The notes beneath the pieces were generated by a model that was given only the letters and a program-made list of their open reading frames with translations, did not search any database and was not told the origin of the DNA. A DNA stretch of 61,487 bases, filler included. It is 9 parts of 9 records of this genome, joined end to end, with 100 filler letters (N's around TTAATTAATTAA, not from the genome) between each part and the next. Parts side by side here need not be neighbours in the genome. Positions count along the whole stretch, not along the records: positions 17,287 to 22,951 come from SRR31156797_27150; positions 23,052 to 34,501 come from SRR31156797_27189; 7 more parts are not named here. The stretch is one strand, 5' to 3'. The translations under genes were made by a program, and so were the position numbers. Shown here piece after piece: positions 21,622 through 31,047 of this stretch (the first letter of the stretch is position 1; the number at the start of each line of letters is the position of its first letter).

Positions 21622-21966
21622 ATGACCATGGAAGACAATGAAAAAAGATCCGCAGGATGTCCCGTTGAAGCAACATTAAATGTTATCGGTGGTAAATGGA
21701 AAGGCATCGTCCTTTATCATCTACTGGTAGACGGAACTCTGAGATTCAATGAGCTCAAACGGCGGGTCGGAGAAGTCACCCAGCGGATGCTGACCAAGCA
21801 GCTGAGGGAACTGGAGGCCGACGGCCTTATCTTCCGCCATGTCTATGCCGAAGTCCCCCCGAAGGTGGAGTACGGTCTGACCGAAAAAGGGGAAACCCTG
21901 CGGCCCATCCTCCTGGCCCTCAGAGACTGGGGTGTGGCATATGTCTTTGGTGAAGTCTCTGAATAG
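21622..21966 (+). CDS. HxlR/DUF24 winged-helix regulator
   Basis: GCPVEATLNVIGGKWK…LTKQLRELE…VPPKVEY; GGAG SD before ATG 21622; divergent from the SDR-kef operon. Confidence 0.92.
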   Translation: MTMEDNEKRSAGCPVEATLNVIGGKWKGIVLYHLLVDGTLRFNELKRRVGEVTQRMLTKQLRELEADGLIFRHVYAEVPPKVEYGLTEKGETLRPILLALRDWGVAYVFGEVSE

Positions 21967-21990
21967 AAGCTCCCAGCGTCCCTGCAGCCT

Positions 21991-22951
21991 TTACATCCCC
22001 CCGCTGCTCCCCATGGAGACAGAGGCCCGGAAACTCCCCTCTTCAAGGTTCCAGGTAAAATCGGCGCCCATGGCCGGTACGGCAATCTTATCGATATAGA
22101 AACGAAAACCGACCCCCGGACCATGCCAGAGACGGGACGGCGTTTCATGGACAGGCTGAAGGATTCCCGCTTCGTAATAGAGAGGGAGGGTGAAAATCCC
22201 CCAGTCAAAAGTGAAAAGGACCGGTTCAAAGGCGGCTGTCCCCGCGGCATACTGCCTGACAGCAACCCCCATGGTGGGAAGAGCACGGCTCCCCTCAAAT
22301 CCTCCTATAAAAACGGGAGTCAGGTTATTCCGGTCCTGCCACCCTGCTGTCAGATTTCCATAAATCAGATGTCTATCAAAAAGAAGGGAATTCCAGGAGA
22401 TCTCCCCGCTGACAACCGGTTCGCTTTTGAAATCAGAAAAAGCGGTATAAACGGAACCTGTACATCTGATAGAAATTCCGGTCCTGAAAAAATCAACCTG
22501 CTGCTGATTGTCCCAGTGTAAATCAATACGGTTCTGCCAGCTCACAGATTCGGCCGATTCGCCTGTCAGGTAGCCGGTCCCTGCGGTACTCCGGTTCTGA
22601 ACAACCCCGGTCCCTCCACTCCAGCCAAAACCGGAAACATAGGTCCTGCCGGCCTGAATTAATCCGGAGATTGAATTCTGCTCCACCGAAGCCAGGACAT
22701 CCTCTCCGGAGAGGGAGAGATGTTCCTTCGTACTGTCACTCATTGTCAGAACCAGCCCCATCGAGTATTCCGATCCCAGAAAAGAGGGGTCTCTCCAGAC
22801 GGCTGCTCCGAAAAGGCTGTCATTGGAAGCAAAGGCTCCAATCATCATAAGCTGATACAGCCCCGCAAAATTCGAATCGATAACAAAAGCTCCTGCCATC
22901 CAGCTGTCCGAACTCCAGAATCCTGCAGGAATAGGAAAGAGAGTCCACCGC
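21991..22951 (-). CDS. Probable outer-membrane beta-barrel (Omp85/surface-antigen-like), 5'-truncated
   Basis: Frame open to the contig end (RWTLFPIP…IDSNFAG); alternating beta-strand pattern; GVGFRFY…MGADFTW. Confidence 0.55.
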
Positions 22952-23051
22952 NNNNNNNNNNNNNNNNNNNNNNNNNNNNNNNNNNNNNNNNNNNNTTAAT
23001 TAATTAANNNNNNNNNNNNNNNNNNNNNNNNNNNNNNNNNNNNNNNNNNNN
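22952..23051. other. Artificial contig spacer
   Basis: N44-TTAATTAATTAA-N44. Confidence 0.99.
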
Positions 23052-23052
23052 A

Positions 23053-23115
23053 AAGAACTCACAAATGGCTGCAAAAATCATTGCAAAAGATAAACAGGCT
23101 CTATCAACGAGTTAG
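23053..23115 (+). CDS. 3' end of an unidentified upstream gene
   Basis: Hand translation KNSQMAAKIIAKDKQALSTS*. Confidence 0.35.
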   Translation, partial: KNSQMAAKIIAKDKQALSTS

Positions 23116-23256
23116 CAATAACCTTACAATTGCTCTGTGTTTATGATGCATTGTTTGCGGTATAGTCTGCGCCGAAAACAATGATGCATCATTCTGTTCA
23201 CGACTTGATAACGTAAATAGGGTGATAAAAACAGTGAGTGAGAAAGAGAAGCACCA

Positions 23257-23388
23257 ATGGCAGACGAAAATTTCAAAGAACCGTATAACGGTTTGTATTT
23301 TTTAGGTTTTATTGCAGCCCTATTGATCCCAACACTACCAGCTACGCTAACTTGGATTCGCGTATTTAGCGGTTACGAGGGTTTCTAA
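23257..23388 (+). CDS. 43-aa single-TM small protein (below the ORF-track cutoff)
   Basis: MADENFKEPYNGLYFLGFIAALLIPTLPATLTWIRVFSGYEGF*, with a purine-rich leader. Confidence 0.7.
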   Translation: MADENFKEPYNGLYFLGFIAALLIPTLPATLTWIRVFSGYEGF

Positions 23389-23405
23389 CGTTACCGAGGT
23401 TCACC

Positions 23406-23798
23406 ATCAGTATTCGTCGTTTTACCTATAATATTGTTGGTGTTGTAAGTGTATGCCTGGGTGTACTGGGCATTCTTCTTCCTTTACTACCAACCACTCC
23501 TTTTATACTTCTGGCAAGCGCCTGTTTTGTCCGAGGTAGTCCTAGATTTCATACTTGGTTACATCAACACTCGGTTTTTGGGCCAGTACTTGAAAACTGG
23601 CAGCAGAATAAGGCTGTCACCAAACAAGTGAAACGTCGCGGAACCGTATTCATCCTTTGTAGCTTTAGCTTTTCAATTTGGTTTGTGCCTCATATTTGGC
23701 TAAAACTGCTGCTGTTTGCTGGGCTTGTGGTGTTGATCACCTGCTTTCTGCGTTTACCGACTCACGAGCCGGTTGCGAATCGACGAGAAAATCACTAG
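23406..23798 (+). CDS. ybaN: YbaN (DUF454) inner-membrane protein with probable ATC start
   Basis: LGVLGILLPLLPTTPFILLASACF…SPRFHTWL…FGPVLENW; position before apt; GAGGT SD 5 nt before ATC; absent from the ORF track. Confidence 0.88.
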   Translation: MSIRRFTYNIVGVVSVCLGVLGILLPLLPTTPFILLASACFVRGSPRFHTWLHQHSVFGPVLENWQQNKAVTKQVKRRGTVFILCSFSFSIWFVPHIWLKLLLFAGLVVLITCFLRLPTHEPVANRRENH

Positions 23799-23814
23799 CA
23801 TTAGCGGGAAGTGT

Positions 23815-23844
23815 GCCCACTCTTCGAGTGGGCGTTTGTTTTTT
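23815..23844 (+). terminator. Terminator-like hairpin between ybaN and apt
   Basis: GCCCACTC-TTC-GAGTGGGC followed by GTTTGTTTTTT. Confidence 0.55.
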
Positions 23845-23933
23845 CGGCACTAAGAAACATGCGTATGGGTGTGCCGGAATATCAATAACAGTACATGCAT
23901 GCTGTACTGAACGAACAAAAAGTTAATTAAGTT

Positions 23934-24479
23934 ATGACAACCGAAACTCTTTCACTGATCAAATCAAGCATCAAATCAATCCAAGACTATCCGAAGCCAG
24001 GTATTCTGTTTCGTGATGTCACCAGTCTGATGGAAGATGCGAAAGCTTACCAAGCAACAATTCAACTGTTGGTTGATAAGTATAAGGATATGGGATTTAC
24101 CAAGGTTGTAGGGACAGAAGCGCGCGGTTTCCTATTTGGAGCACCACTTGCATTAGAACTCGGTGTAGGCTTTGTTCCTGTGCGTAAGCCAGGCAAACTT
24201 CCTCGCCAGACCATTTCTCAATCATACGAGTTGGAATACGGCACTGACGTATTAGAAATTCACGTAGATGCTATTGTATCTGGTGACAAAGTACTCGTTG
24301 TTGATGATCTGCTAGCAACCGGCGGTACCATTGAAGCAACAACAAAACTTATCCGCGAGTTGGGCGGTGAAGTTGAGCATGCCGCATTTGTTATCAATCT
24401 ACCAGAAATCGGTGGTGATAAGCGCTTAGAAGGTTTAGGCTTGAACGTTTACAGCATTTGTGAATTTGAAGGCCACTAA
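23934..24479 (+). CDS. apt: Adenine phosphoribosyltransferase
   Basis: [20 protein letters not shown] and [10 protein letters not shown]. Confidence 0.97.
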   Translation: MTTETLSLIKSSIKSIQDYPKPGILFRDVTSLMEDAKAYQATIQLLVDKYKDMGFTKVVGTEARGFLFGAPLALELGVGFVPVRKPGKLPRQTISQSYELEYGTDVLEIHVDAIVSGDKVLVVDDLLATGGTIEATTKLIRELGGEVEHAAFVINLPEIGGDKRLEGLGLNVYSICEFEGH

Positions 24480-24532
24480 TACAGTCATTTAGCAGACTCA
24501 ATTAGTAACAAAAATCTACAACGGAAGGTTTC

Positions 24533-26620
24533 ATGAGTTATCTTGCCTTAGCGCGTAAATGGCGTCCTACCCGATTTAAAGAAGTGGTAGGGCAAGCCCA
24601 TGTATTAACAGCTTTAGAAAATGCTTTGGCTCACAATCAGCTGCACCATGCGTACCTTTTCAGTGGCACGCGTGGCGTAGGTAAAACGACGATTGGTCGA
24701 CTGTTTGCTAAAGGCCTCAATTGCGAAACAGGTATTACTTCTACCCCTTGTGGTGAATGTGCAACCTGTAAGGAAATTGATCAGGGCCGTTTTGTTGATC
24801 TGCTGGAAATCGATGCAGCATCAAGAACCAAAGTTGAAGATACTCGTGAACTTCTCGATAACGTGCAGTACAAACCTGCACGTGGTCGCTTTAAAGTCTA
24901 CCTGATAGATGAAGTTCACATGCTTTCGCGCCACAGTTTCAACGCGTTATTAAAAACGCTTGAAGAGCCGCCTGAGTATGTGAAGTTCCTGCTTGCGACA
25001 ACCGATCCGCAAAAACTGCCGATGACGATTTTATCTCGTTGTCTGCAATTTAATTTAAAGCCAATCAGTATCGAAAATATTCATCAGCAACTGGAACATG
25101 TGCTTGCTGAAGAAAATATCGTATTTGAAAACAAAGCGTTGAACCTGATTGCTCATGCTGCTGATGGCAGTATGCGTGATGCCTTGAGTTTGACAGACCA
25201 AGCGATTGCGCTTGGGAATAGCAACGTCAGCAACGACATCGTTTCCCACATGTTGGGTACGCTGGATACCGACCAAGCATTACACTTGCTACAGGCGATC
25301 AGTTCCAAGCAACCGCAAACAGTGATGGATTCGATTGAAACTTTCGCTCAAAACGGTGTGGAATGGGATGGTTTGCTTCAGCAATTGGCAACTCAGCTTC
25401 ACCGTGTGGCGATGTTTCAAGCTCTGCCTGGTAGCTTAGATAAATCTCTGCCTGATGCGGATAAGATTCAGTTGCTCGCTCAAACGCTTTCCCCGCAAGA
25501 TGTTCAGCTATATTATCAAATTGCCCTTAAGGGACGAGACGATTTGGCGAATTCTCCTACCGGTCGCATTGGTATGGAAATGATCACGTTGCGAATGATG
25601 GCATTCCGACCATCACAAGTTTCATTGACTTCGGCTATCTCAACTCAAGCGCAGCCTAGCGAGCAAGCCGCGCCATCAGTGAGTAATCCGCAGCCAGCTG
25701 CTGTTCAGCCTGCTGTATCTCACTCGGCGGCTTCTCAAGTGTCGTCTCAGCCGCAGAATCCAGACCAAGTCGCACCTGTTCAGAGTCAACCGATTGAGAG
25801 AACTGCACCACCGGTTACGCAATCAGAGCCAATGAATGCTCAACAACCCGTGCCTCAATCTGCTCCGGAGCCTCAGCCACAAGCCGTTGAGCCTCAGCAG
25901 CAACCAGAGCGTAAATCATCTCCACTGACTGGTTTGAGACATCAATTACGCTCCCAGCGTAAAGGATTGGACCAACAGGGGAATGACTCAAAAAAGCCTG
26001 AAGCGGCATCAGCAAAACCAGCATCAGTATTAGAGCGTGTTGCACAACGCGCACAAAATGCGACGCCGGTGTCGCCATCATCTTCACAATTGGAAGATTC
26101 AGCAGAGCAAGAGGCTTATCAATGGCGTCCTACTCAGCCAGTCGTTGAGTCGGAAGTGAAGAGTGAACTAACGCCTACCCAGATTAAGAAATCTCTGGAA
26201 CATGAAAAAACACCAGAGATGACCAACAAATTAATTGAAGAAGCGTGCGCTCAAAGTGAATGGGCAACGCTAATTCAAAGCCTTAAAACGGCAAAATTAG
26301 TGGAACAATTGGCGTTAAATTCCGTCTATAAGAAAGACGGGAACGTGATTGAGTTATTGTTACGACCATCGCATGCCCATCTCAATACAGATAAAGCGCA
26401 AAGTGAGTTGTTACAGGCAATCAATGAGCATCTTAATCAAGAGTGCGTGCTGTCTGTCGCAATGGGTGAAGAGGGAGAAACTCCGCTAGAATTAAGAGAA
26501 AGGCTCTATCAGGAGAAACTTTCTCAGGCGATGGCGAATTTGTCATCCGATCCTAATGTGCAATTTATCGAACGTCGCTTCAGTGCAGAGCTCGATACTG
26601 ATAGCGTTAGGCCTATTTAG
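24533..26620 (+). CDS. dnaX: DNA polymerase III subunit tau/gamma
   Basis: ARKWRP, Walker A GTRGVGKTT, Cys zinc module, DEVH and SRC; P/Q/A-rich linker; tau C-terminal domain. Confidence 0.97.
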   Translation: MSYLALARKWRPTRFKEVVGQAHVLTALENALAHNQLHHAYLFSGTRGVGKTTIGRLFAKGLNCETGITSTPCGECATCKEIDQGRFVDLLEIDAASRTKVEDTRELLDNVQYKPARGRFKVYLIDEVHMLSRHSFNALLKTLEEPPEYVKFLLATTDPQKLPMTILSRCLQFNLKPISIENIHQQLEHVLAEENIVFENKALNLIAHAADGSMRDALSLTDQAIALGNSNVSNDIVSHMLGTLDTDQALHLLQAISSKQPQTVMDSIETFAQNGVEWDGLLQQLATQLHRVAMFQALPGSLDKSLPDADKIQLLAQTLSPQDVQLYYQIALKGRDDLANSPTGRIGMEMITLRMMAFRPSQVSLTSAISTQAQPSEQAAPSVSNPQPAAVQPAVSHSAASQVSSQPQNPDQVAPVQSQPIERTAPPVTQSEPMNAQQPVPQSAPEPQPQAVEPQQQPERKSSPLTGLRHQLRSQRKGLDQQGNDSKKPEAASAKPASVLERVAQRAQNATPVSPSSSQLEDSAEQEAYQWRPTQPVVESEVKSELTPTQIKKSLEHEKTPEMTNKLIEEACAQSEWATLIQSLKTAKLVEQLALNSVYKKDGNVIELLLRPSHAHLNTDKAQSELLQAINEHLNQECVLSVAMGEEGETPLELRERLYQEKLSQAMANLSSDPNVQFIERRFSAELDTDSVRPI
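25977..26001 (+). other. Putative -1 programmed frameshift site in dnaX
   Basis: In-frame A AAA AAG at 25990-25996; the -1 frame reads GCC TGA; upstream SD-like AGGGGA. Confidence 0.7.
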
Positions 26621-26702
26621 AACCGATAAGGGTGGGGTTGAGATTGTCACAATTCATCCCCATCATATGTGAAACAATCAAAGATAAACCAGAGAGATAA
26701 AG

Positions 26703-27032
26703 ATGTTTGGTAAAGGCGGAATGGGCAACTTGATGAAGCAAGCCCAACAAATGCAAGATCGCATGGCTAAAATGCAAGAAGAAATCGCAAACATGGAAAT
26801 CACCGGAGAATCTGGTGCTGGTCTAGTAAAAGTTACTATCACTGGTAGCCACAGCGTTCGTCGTGTTGATATCGATGAAAGCTTGATGGAAGATGATAAA
26901 GAGATGCTGGAAGATTTGATCGCAGCAGCGTTCAACGATGCATCTCGTCGCATTGAAGAAGCTTCAAAAGAAAAAATGGCATCAGTAACTGGCGGTATGC
27001 AACTACCACCAGGTATGAAAATGCCTTTCTAA
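26703..27032 (+). CDS. ybaB: YbaB/EbfC nucleoid-associated protein
   Basis: [18 protein letters not shown]…LPPGMKMPF. Confidence 0.97.
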   Translation: MFGKGGMGNLMKQAQQMQDRMAKMQEEIANMEITGESGAGLVKVTITGSHSVRRVDIDESLMEDDKEMLEDLIAAAFNDASRRIEEASKEKMASVTGGMQLPPGMKMPF

Positions 27033-27046
27033 TTAGTGGGTGATTA

Positions 27047-27649
27047 ATGCGTACCAGTCATATGCTGGAGCATTTGATGGAGGCCTTACGTTGTCTGCCT
27101 GGGGTTGGCCCCAAGTCGGCTCAGCGTATGGCCTTTCATTTGTTACAGCGCGACAGAAAAGGCGGTTTGCTTCTTGCTGAGGCTTTAAGCCAAGCAATGG
27201 TTGATATTGGCCACTGCAGTGAGTGTCGGACATTCACCGAAGAGGAAACCTGCCATATCTGTAACAACCCCAAACGCCAAGAAAATGGTCAGATTTGTGT
27301 GGTAGAAAGCCCTGCCGATATTGCTGCGCTAGAAGCGACAGGGCAGTATTCAGGTCGTTACTTTGTATTAATGGGGCATTTATCGCCGCTTGATGGCATT
27401 GGGCCAAGTGACATCGGCCTAGATGTATTGGATTACCGATTACAGCGAGGGGATGTGGCTGAAGTGATTTTAGCGACAAACCCGACTGTCGAAGGTGAAG
27501 CAACCGCTCACTACATTGCTGAACTGTGTCGAGAGCATCAGGTGTCAGCAAGTCGTATTGCTCACGGTGTTCCCGTTGGTGGCGAACTCGAGTTAGTGGA
27601 TGGTACAACGCTGTCTCACTCGCTTCTTGGACGACAAAAGCTTTCTTAA
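27047..27649 (+). CDS. recR: Recombination mediator RecR
   Basis: [12 protein letters not shown]4 zinc finger and Toprim [12 protein letters not shown]. Confidence 0.97.
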   Translation: MRTSHMLEHLMEALRCLPGVGPKSAQRMAFHLLQRDRKGGLLLAEALSQAMVDIGHCSECRTFTEEETCHICNNPKRQENGQICVVESPADIAALEATGQYSGRYFVLMGHLSPLDGIGPSDIGLDVLDYRLQRGDVAEVILATNPTVEGEATAHYIAELCREHQVSASRIAHGVPVGGELELVDGTTLSHSLLGRQKLS

Positions 27650-27667
27650 TACCTCATAAGAAAAATG

Positions 27668-27696
27668 AAGCCGCAGCATGATGTTGCGGCTTTTTT
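27668..27696 (+). terminator. Intrinsic terminator after recR
   Basis: AAGCCGCAGCAT-G-ATGTTGCGGCTTTTTT. Confidence 0.8.
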
Positions 27697-27714
27697 GTGC
27701 GCTAAATTTGCTGT

Positions 27715-28413
27715 TTAACTTTTTGGCTCAGTGGGTGCAACAACCTTATACAGTAGAGCACCAACAATCCCACCAACAATCGGTGCTACCCAGAACAGCC
27801 ATAGCTGTGAAACAGCCCAATCGCCAACATAGATAGCGACACCCGTACTTCGAGCTGGGTTTACGGATGTGTTAGTTACAGGAATGCTAATCAGGTGAAT
27901 CAGTGTTAAACACAAACCAATCGCTAAAGGCGCAAATCCTTGAGGCGCGCGCTTATCGGTAGCGCCCATGATCACAAATAAGAAGATCATCGTCATAACC
28001 AGTTCGGTGACCAAAGCGGCAGTAAATGAATAGCCGCCGGGCGAGTGCTCGCCATAACCATTGCTGGCAAAACCAGAAGCGACCGCATCAAAACCAGGCT
28101 GGCCGGAAGCAATGACGAATAAAATACCACCAGCAAGTGCACCACCAATTACTTGAGCGATGATGTAAGGCACCAAATCCTTGCTTTCAAATCGTCCTCC
28201 AGCCCAAAGGCCGAAAGACACCGCAGGGTTTAAGTGGCAACCAGAAATATGCCCTATCGCAAATGCCATCGTTACGACGGTCAAACCAAACGCGAGTGAT
28301 ACGCCTAGCAGGCCAATGCCAACATCAGGGAATGCAGCGGCTAATACGGCGCTGCCACAGCCGCCAAGAACTAACCAAAATGTGCCAATGAGTTCAGCGA
28401 TATACTTATTCAT
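27715..28413 (-). CDS. aqpZ: Aquaporin Z
   Basis: Two NPA motifs (HLNPAV, SVNPARS). Confidence 0.96.
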   Translation of the reverse strand: MNKYIAELIGTFWLVLGGCGSAVLAAAFPDVGIGLLGVSLAFGLTVVTMAFAIGHISGCHLNPAVSFGLWAGGRFESKDLVPYIIAQVIGGALAGGILFVIASGQPGFDAVASGFASNGYGEHSPGGYSFTAALVTELVMTMIFLFVIMGATDKRAPQGFAPLAIGLCLTLIHLISIPVTNTSVNPARSTGVAIYVGDWAVSQLWLFWVAPIVGGIVGALLYKVVAPTEPKS

Positions 28414-28541
28414 ACTAACTTACCTATATGGAACGATATACATATAAAAGGTAAGCGTAGACGAAAAAAGAATGGGTAAGTTGGTGTGGTTAAAATAAAG
28501 TGTTCTAAAAGTGAAATCTAAACAGAATTTAGCCTAAAAGG

Positions 28542-28799
28542 TTAGGGGGTTAGAGTGATTTGTTCTAATTCTACTAAGTTATCTAATGCTTTCTGGTTAG
28601 TGTCGCCACAAACTACAGGGCAGGCTTTAAAATCGTGACAAACTTTTGGTCGTTCAGGTTTGCCAAATAACTTGCATAGGTTCGCATCGTTAAGCTGTAC
28701 GCAACGAATCCCGGCAGGCTTGCCTTGAGGCATTCCCGGAATCGGAGAAGAAATACTTGGAGCGATACAGCAAGCACCGCAGCCTAATCTACAATCCAT
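28542..28799 (-). CDS. YkgJ-family cysteine-cluster protein
   Basis: MDCRLGCGACCIAPSISSPIPGMPQGKPAG…C…ERPKVC. Confidence 0.9.
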   Translation of the reverse strand: MDCRLGCGACCIAPSISSPIPGMPQGKPAGIRCVQLNDANLCKLFGKPERPKVCHDFKACPVVCGDTNQKALDNLVELEQITLTP

Positions 28800-28962
28800 A
28801 CGACTCACCAATAAACAAAACAGATAAAGCACAAAATCAAGGGCGCTGATACTAACAGAATTACAAACAAAGAGTAGGGGGCTGGCGGATTTTTATCCTT
28901 GAATTTTGTAAGGTGGGGCGGTATAACAACGCCCCTCAGTGAATAACAGTAAGTACTCAGTA

Positions 28963-29403
28963 ATGACAGCACCATTTTGGCAAACCAAATCTTTAGAACA
29001 AATGACCGAATCAGAGTGGGAATCTCTATGTGATGGCTGCGGCAAATGTTGCTTACATAAACTGATGGATGAAGACAGCGACGAAGTTTACTACACCAAT
29101 GTTGCTTGCAGCTGGCTAAACAGCAAAACCTGTTCTTGCAAAGACTACCCGAATCGTTTCGAGTCTGGTGAAGAGTGCTTGAAGCTAACACGCGATAAGA
29201 TTGATGAGTTTCACTGGCTACCAGACACGTGCGCCTATCGCCTATTGGCTCAAGGCGAATCTATCCCTCAATGGCACCCTTTAATCACAGGCTCAAAAGC
29301 TGCAATGCACGCAGAGGGCGAAAGTGTCAGAAATAAAGTGGTGTATGAAATCGATGTGGTGGATTGGGAAGATCACATTTTGAATCATCCTAGCCGAGGC
29401 TAG
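28963..29403 (+). CDS. ycgN: YcgN (UPF0260) cysteine-cluster protein
   Basis: [16 protein letters not shown]…WLPDTCAYR. Confidence 0.92.
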   Translation: MTAPFWQTKSLEQMTESEWESLCDGCGKCCLHKLMDEDSDEVYYTNVACSWLNSKTCSCKDYPNRFESGEECLKLTRDKIDEFHWLPDTCAYRLLAQGESIPQWHPLITGSKAAMHAEGESVRNKVVYEIDVVDWEDHILNHPSRG

Positions 29404-29458
29404 CAAGGTTCATTACCCCCCACAATTAAGGAGAGAGTATTGTGGGGTTAGAAAATTG

Positions 29459-29818
29459 CTAGACTAAAAGAAGCAGAAGGCTGCCGACGGTTGCCGCAGC
29501 GGAAAGATATTGCCCCGCGGAATAGGATGAGTCGTCTTTCTCTTCAATTTTATCTGGGTGATCCATACCTAACGCGCCATAAGTAAACGATTCTACTTTC
29601 TTACTCATCGGCTTGTCGTTTTCCGGCATTGTGCCATTTTTGTCTATATCTTGTAGAGCTGCCAATAACGCCTTTCCTTCATCAGAAAGCGTGACTTTAT
29701 TCTGCTCCACCTTCAATGGCTGTGCCTGAGATGCGTGCTCAGTGTTAGCGGGTGCTTGAAGGTTAACCTTTTGGGTAGCATTCAGCGGAGTCGCTGATCC
29801 TGCGCCGACTGGGTTCAT
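29459..29818 (-). CDS. Hypothetical protein, possibly sigma28-dependent
   Basis: AGGAG SD; KVTLSDEGKALL segment; hydrophobic C-terminus. Confidence 0.8.
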   Translation of the reverse strand: MNPVGAGSATPLNATQKVNLQAPANTEHASQAQPLKVEQNKVTLSDEGKALLAALQDIDKNGTMPENDKPMSKKVESFTYGALGMDHPDKIEEKDDSSYSAGQYLSAAATVGSLLLLLV

Positions 29819-29848
29819 ATTTCTCTCCTAAATCCTTCGTCAATAACT

Positions 29849-29875
29849 GTATCGACAGACTTTGGTAAAACTTGT
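29849..29875 (-). promoter_or_regulatory. Sigma28 (FliA)-type promoter
   Basis: Minus strand ACAAGTTT-N11-GTCGATAC versus consensus TAAAGTTT-N11-GCCGATAA. Confidence 0.65.
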
Positions 29876-29948
29876 GTTATTTTTTACACAATTTTTTCAA
29901 AGCAATTAATATGCCTGATTGTAGTTTTTGACCAAGGATAGGAGTGGT

Positions 29949-30767
29949 TTACTGTTTTTTGTAAACTCGAATCATGAAGTCAGCTTCACACTGTACACTC
30001 GCAGAGTCTTTTAGTTCCTGTTTATAAGCTTCGCTAGCACGCCAAGCGAAAGGTGTCATTTGCAGTAAATCAAATGCTTCCTCTCCGCTTAATGTCATCA
30101 TGTAGTTCACTTTTTCTTCGTCGGCTACCGTGAAGTTTTCAATTTGTTCAGGCTGTTCTTCATGCAGACGTACGTCTTGATAAATGTGCTGTTTGAACTC
30201 ATACAAATGTCGAGCTGCTGGAGTAACCGTCACTACTATACCGCCGGATTTAACACAGCGATTCAACTCTTCAGCTTTGCACGGTGCGTAGATGCGGAGG
30301 ATGGCATCGAGGCTATCGTCAGCAAAGGGCAGGCGGTGGCTTGATGCTACTGTAAAATCACAGTTTGGGTAACGTTTTGCCGCGTATCGAATCGCCACTT
30401 TGGAAATATCTAAGCCAAATGTTTGAGCTTGTGTAGATTGTTGCTTCAACACATCCGCAATGTATGTGGTGTAGTAGCCTTCGCCGCAACCGATATCAAG
30501 GAGCTGGTGGTTAGTACCCTCTAAGTGCTGCTTACACAACTCGGCCACTTTCTCACGCATTGGGTTGTAGTGACCGCCATCAAGAAAACGGCGTCTTGCC
30601 TGCATCATCTCTTTGTTGTCACCAGGATCTTTGGAGCGTTTATGGTGAGCAGGCATCAAATTGACGTAGCCCTCTTTCGCCATATCAAACTGGTGATTAC
30701 TGGCACAAGAGTAGGTGCGTTGATGAAGAGATAAGGGTTGCTGGCAAAGCGGACACTGGTAAGCCAT
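29949..30767 (-). CDS. rlmA: 23S rRNA m1G745 methyltransferase
   Basis: CPLC…C…H zinc finger, KDPGDNKEMMQARR and LDIGCGEGYY. Confidence 0.95.
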   Translation of the reverse strand: MAYQCPLCQQPLSLHQRTYSCASNHQFDMAKEGYVNLMPAHHKRSKDPGDNKEMMQARRRFLDGGHYNPMREKVAELCKQHLEGTNHQLLDIGCGEGYYTTYIADVLKQQSTQAQTFGLDISKVAIRYAAKRYPNCDFTVASSHRLPFADDSLDAILRIYAPCKAEELNRCVKSGGIVVTVTPAARHLYEFKQHIYQDVRLHEEQPEQIENFTVADEEKVNYMMTLSGEEAFDLLQMTPFAWRASEAYKQELKDSASVQCEADFMIRVYKKQ

Positions 30768-31047
30768 GGTGTTCTCGATGTTGTAAATAGAGGCGTAAGT
30801 TTAGCGGTTACTCAGCCAAATAAAAAGCAAGTTGCGACTCTGGGATTCCAGCGCCTTAGAAAAGTTTTGTTTTTAGTTTGTTTAGGGTGATAAGAAGCCA
30901 ATGTTTTGGTTTCTGCCAATTTGTTGACGTAAATCCTTTCTTAACATGGGGTTATGTTCGTTATGTTTATTATCTTTTTGGTGGATAGCCTGTAGTAATG
31001 AGGTTAGTATCTCGCCTGTTAAAATAATAATATTGAGAGCAGTAATA

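Noticed and set aside
23449..23926. Track ORFs 23449-23631 and 23678-23926
   Set aside because: They are off-frame overlaps of the real ybaN frame.
25620..25920. Pro/Gln/Ala-rich stretch in dnaX as an insertion or intein
   Set aside because: It is the usual variable low-complexity linker of tau, with no intein motifs or exact tandem repeats.
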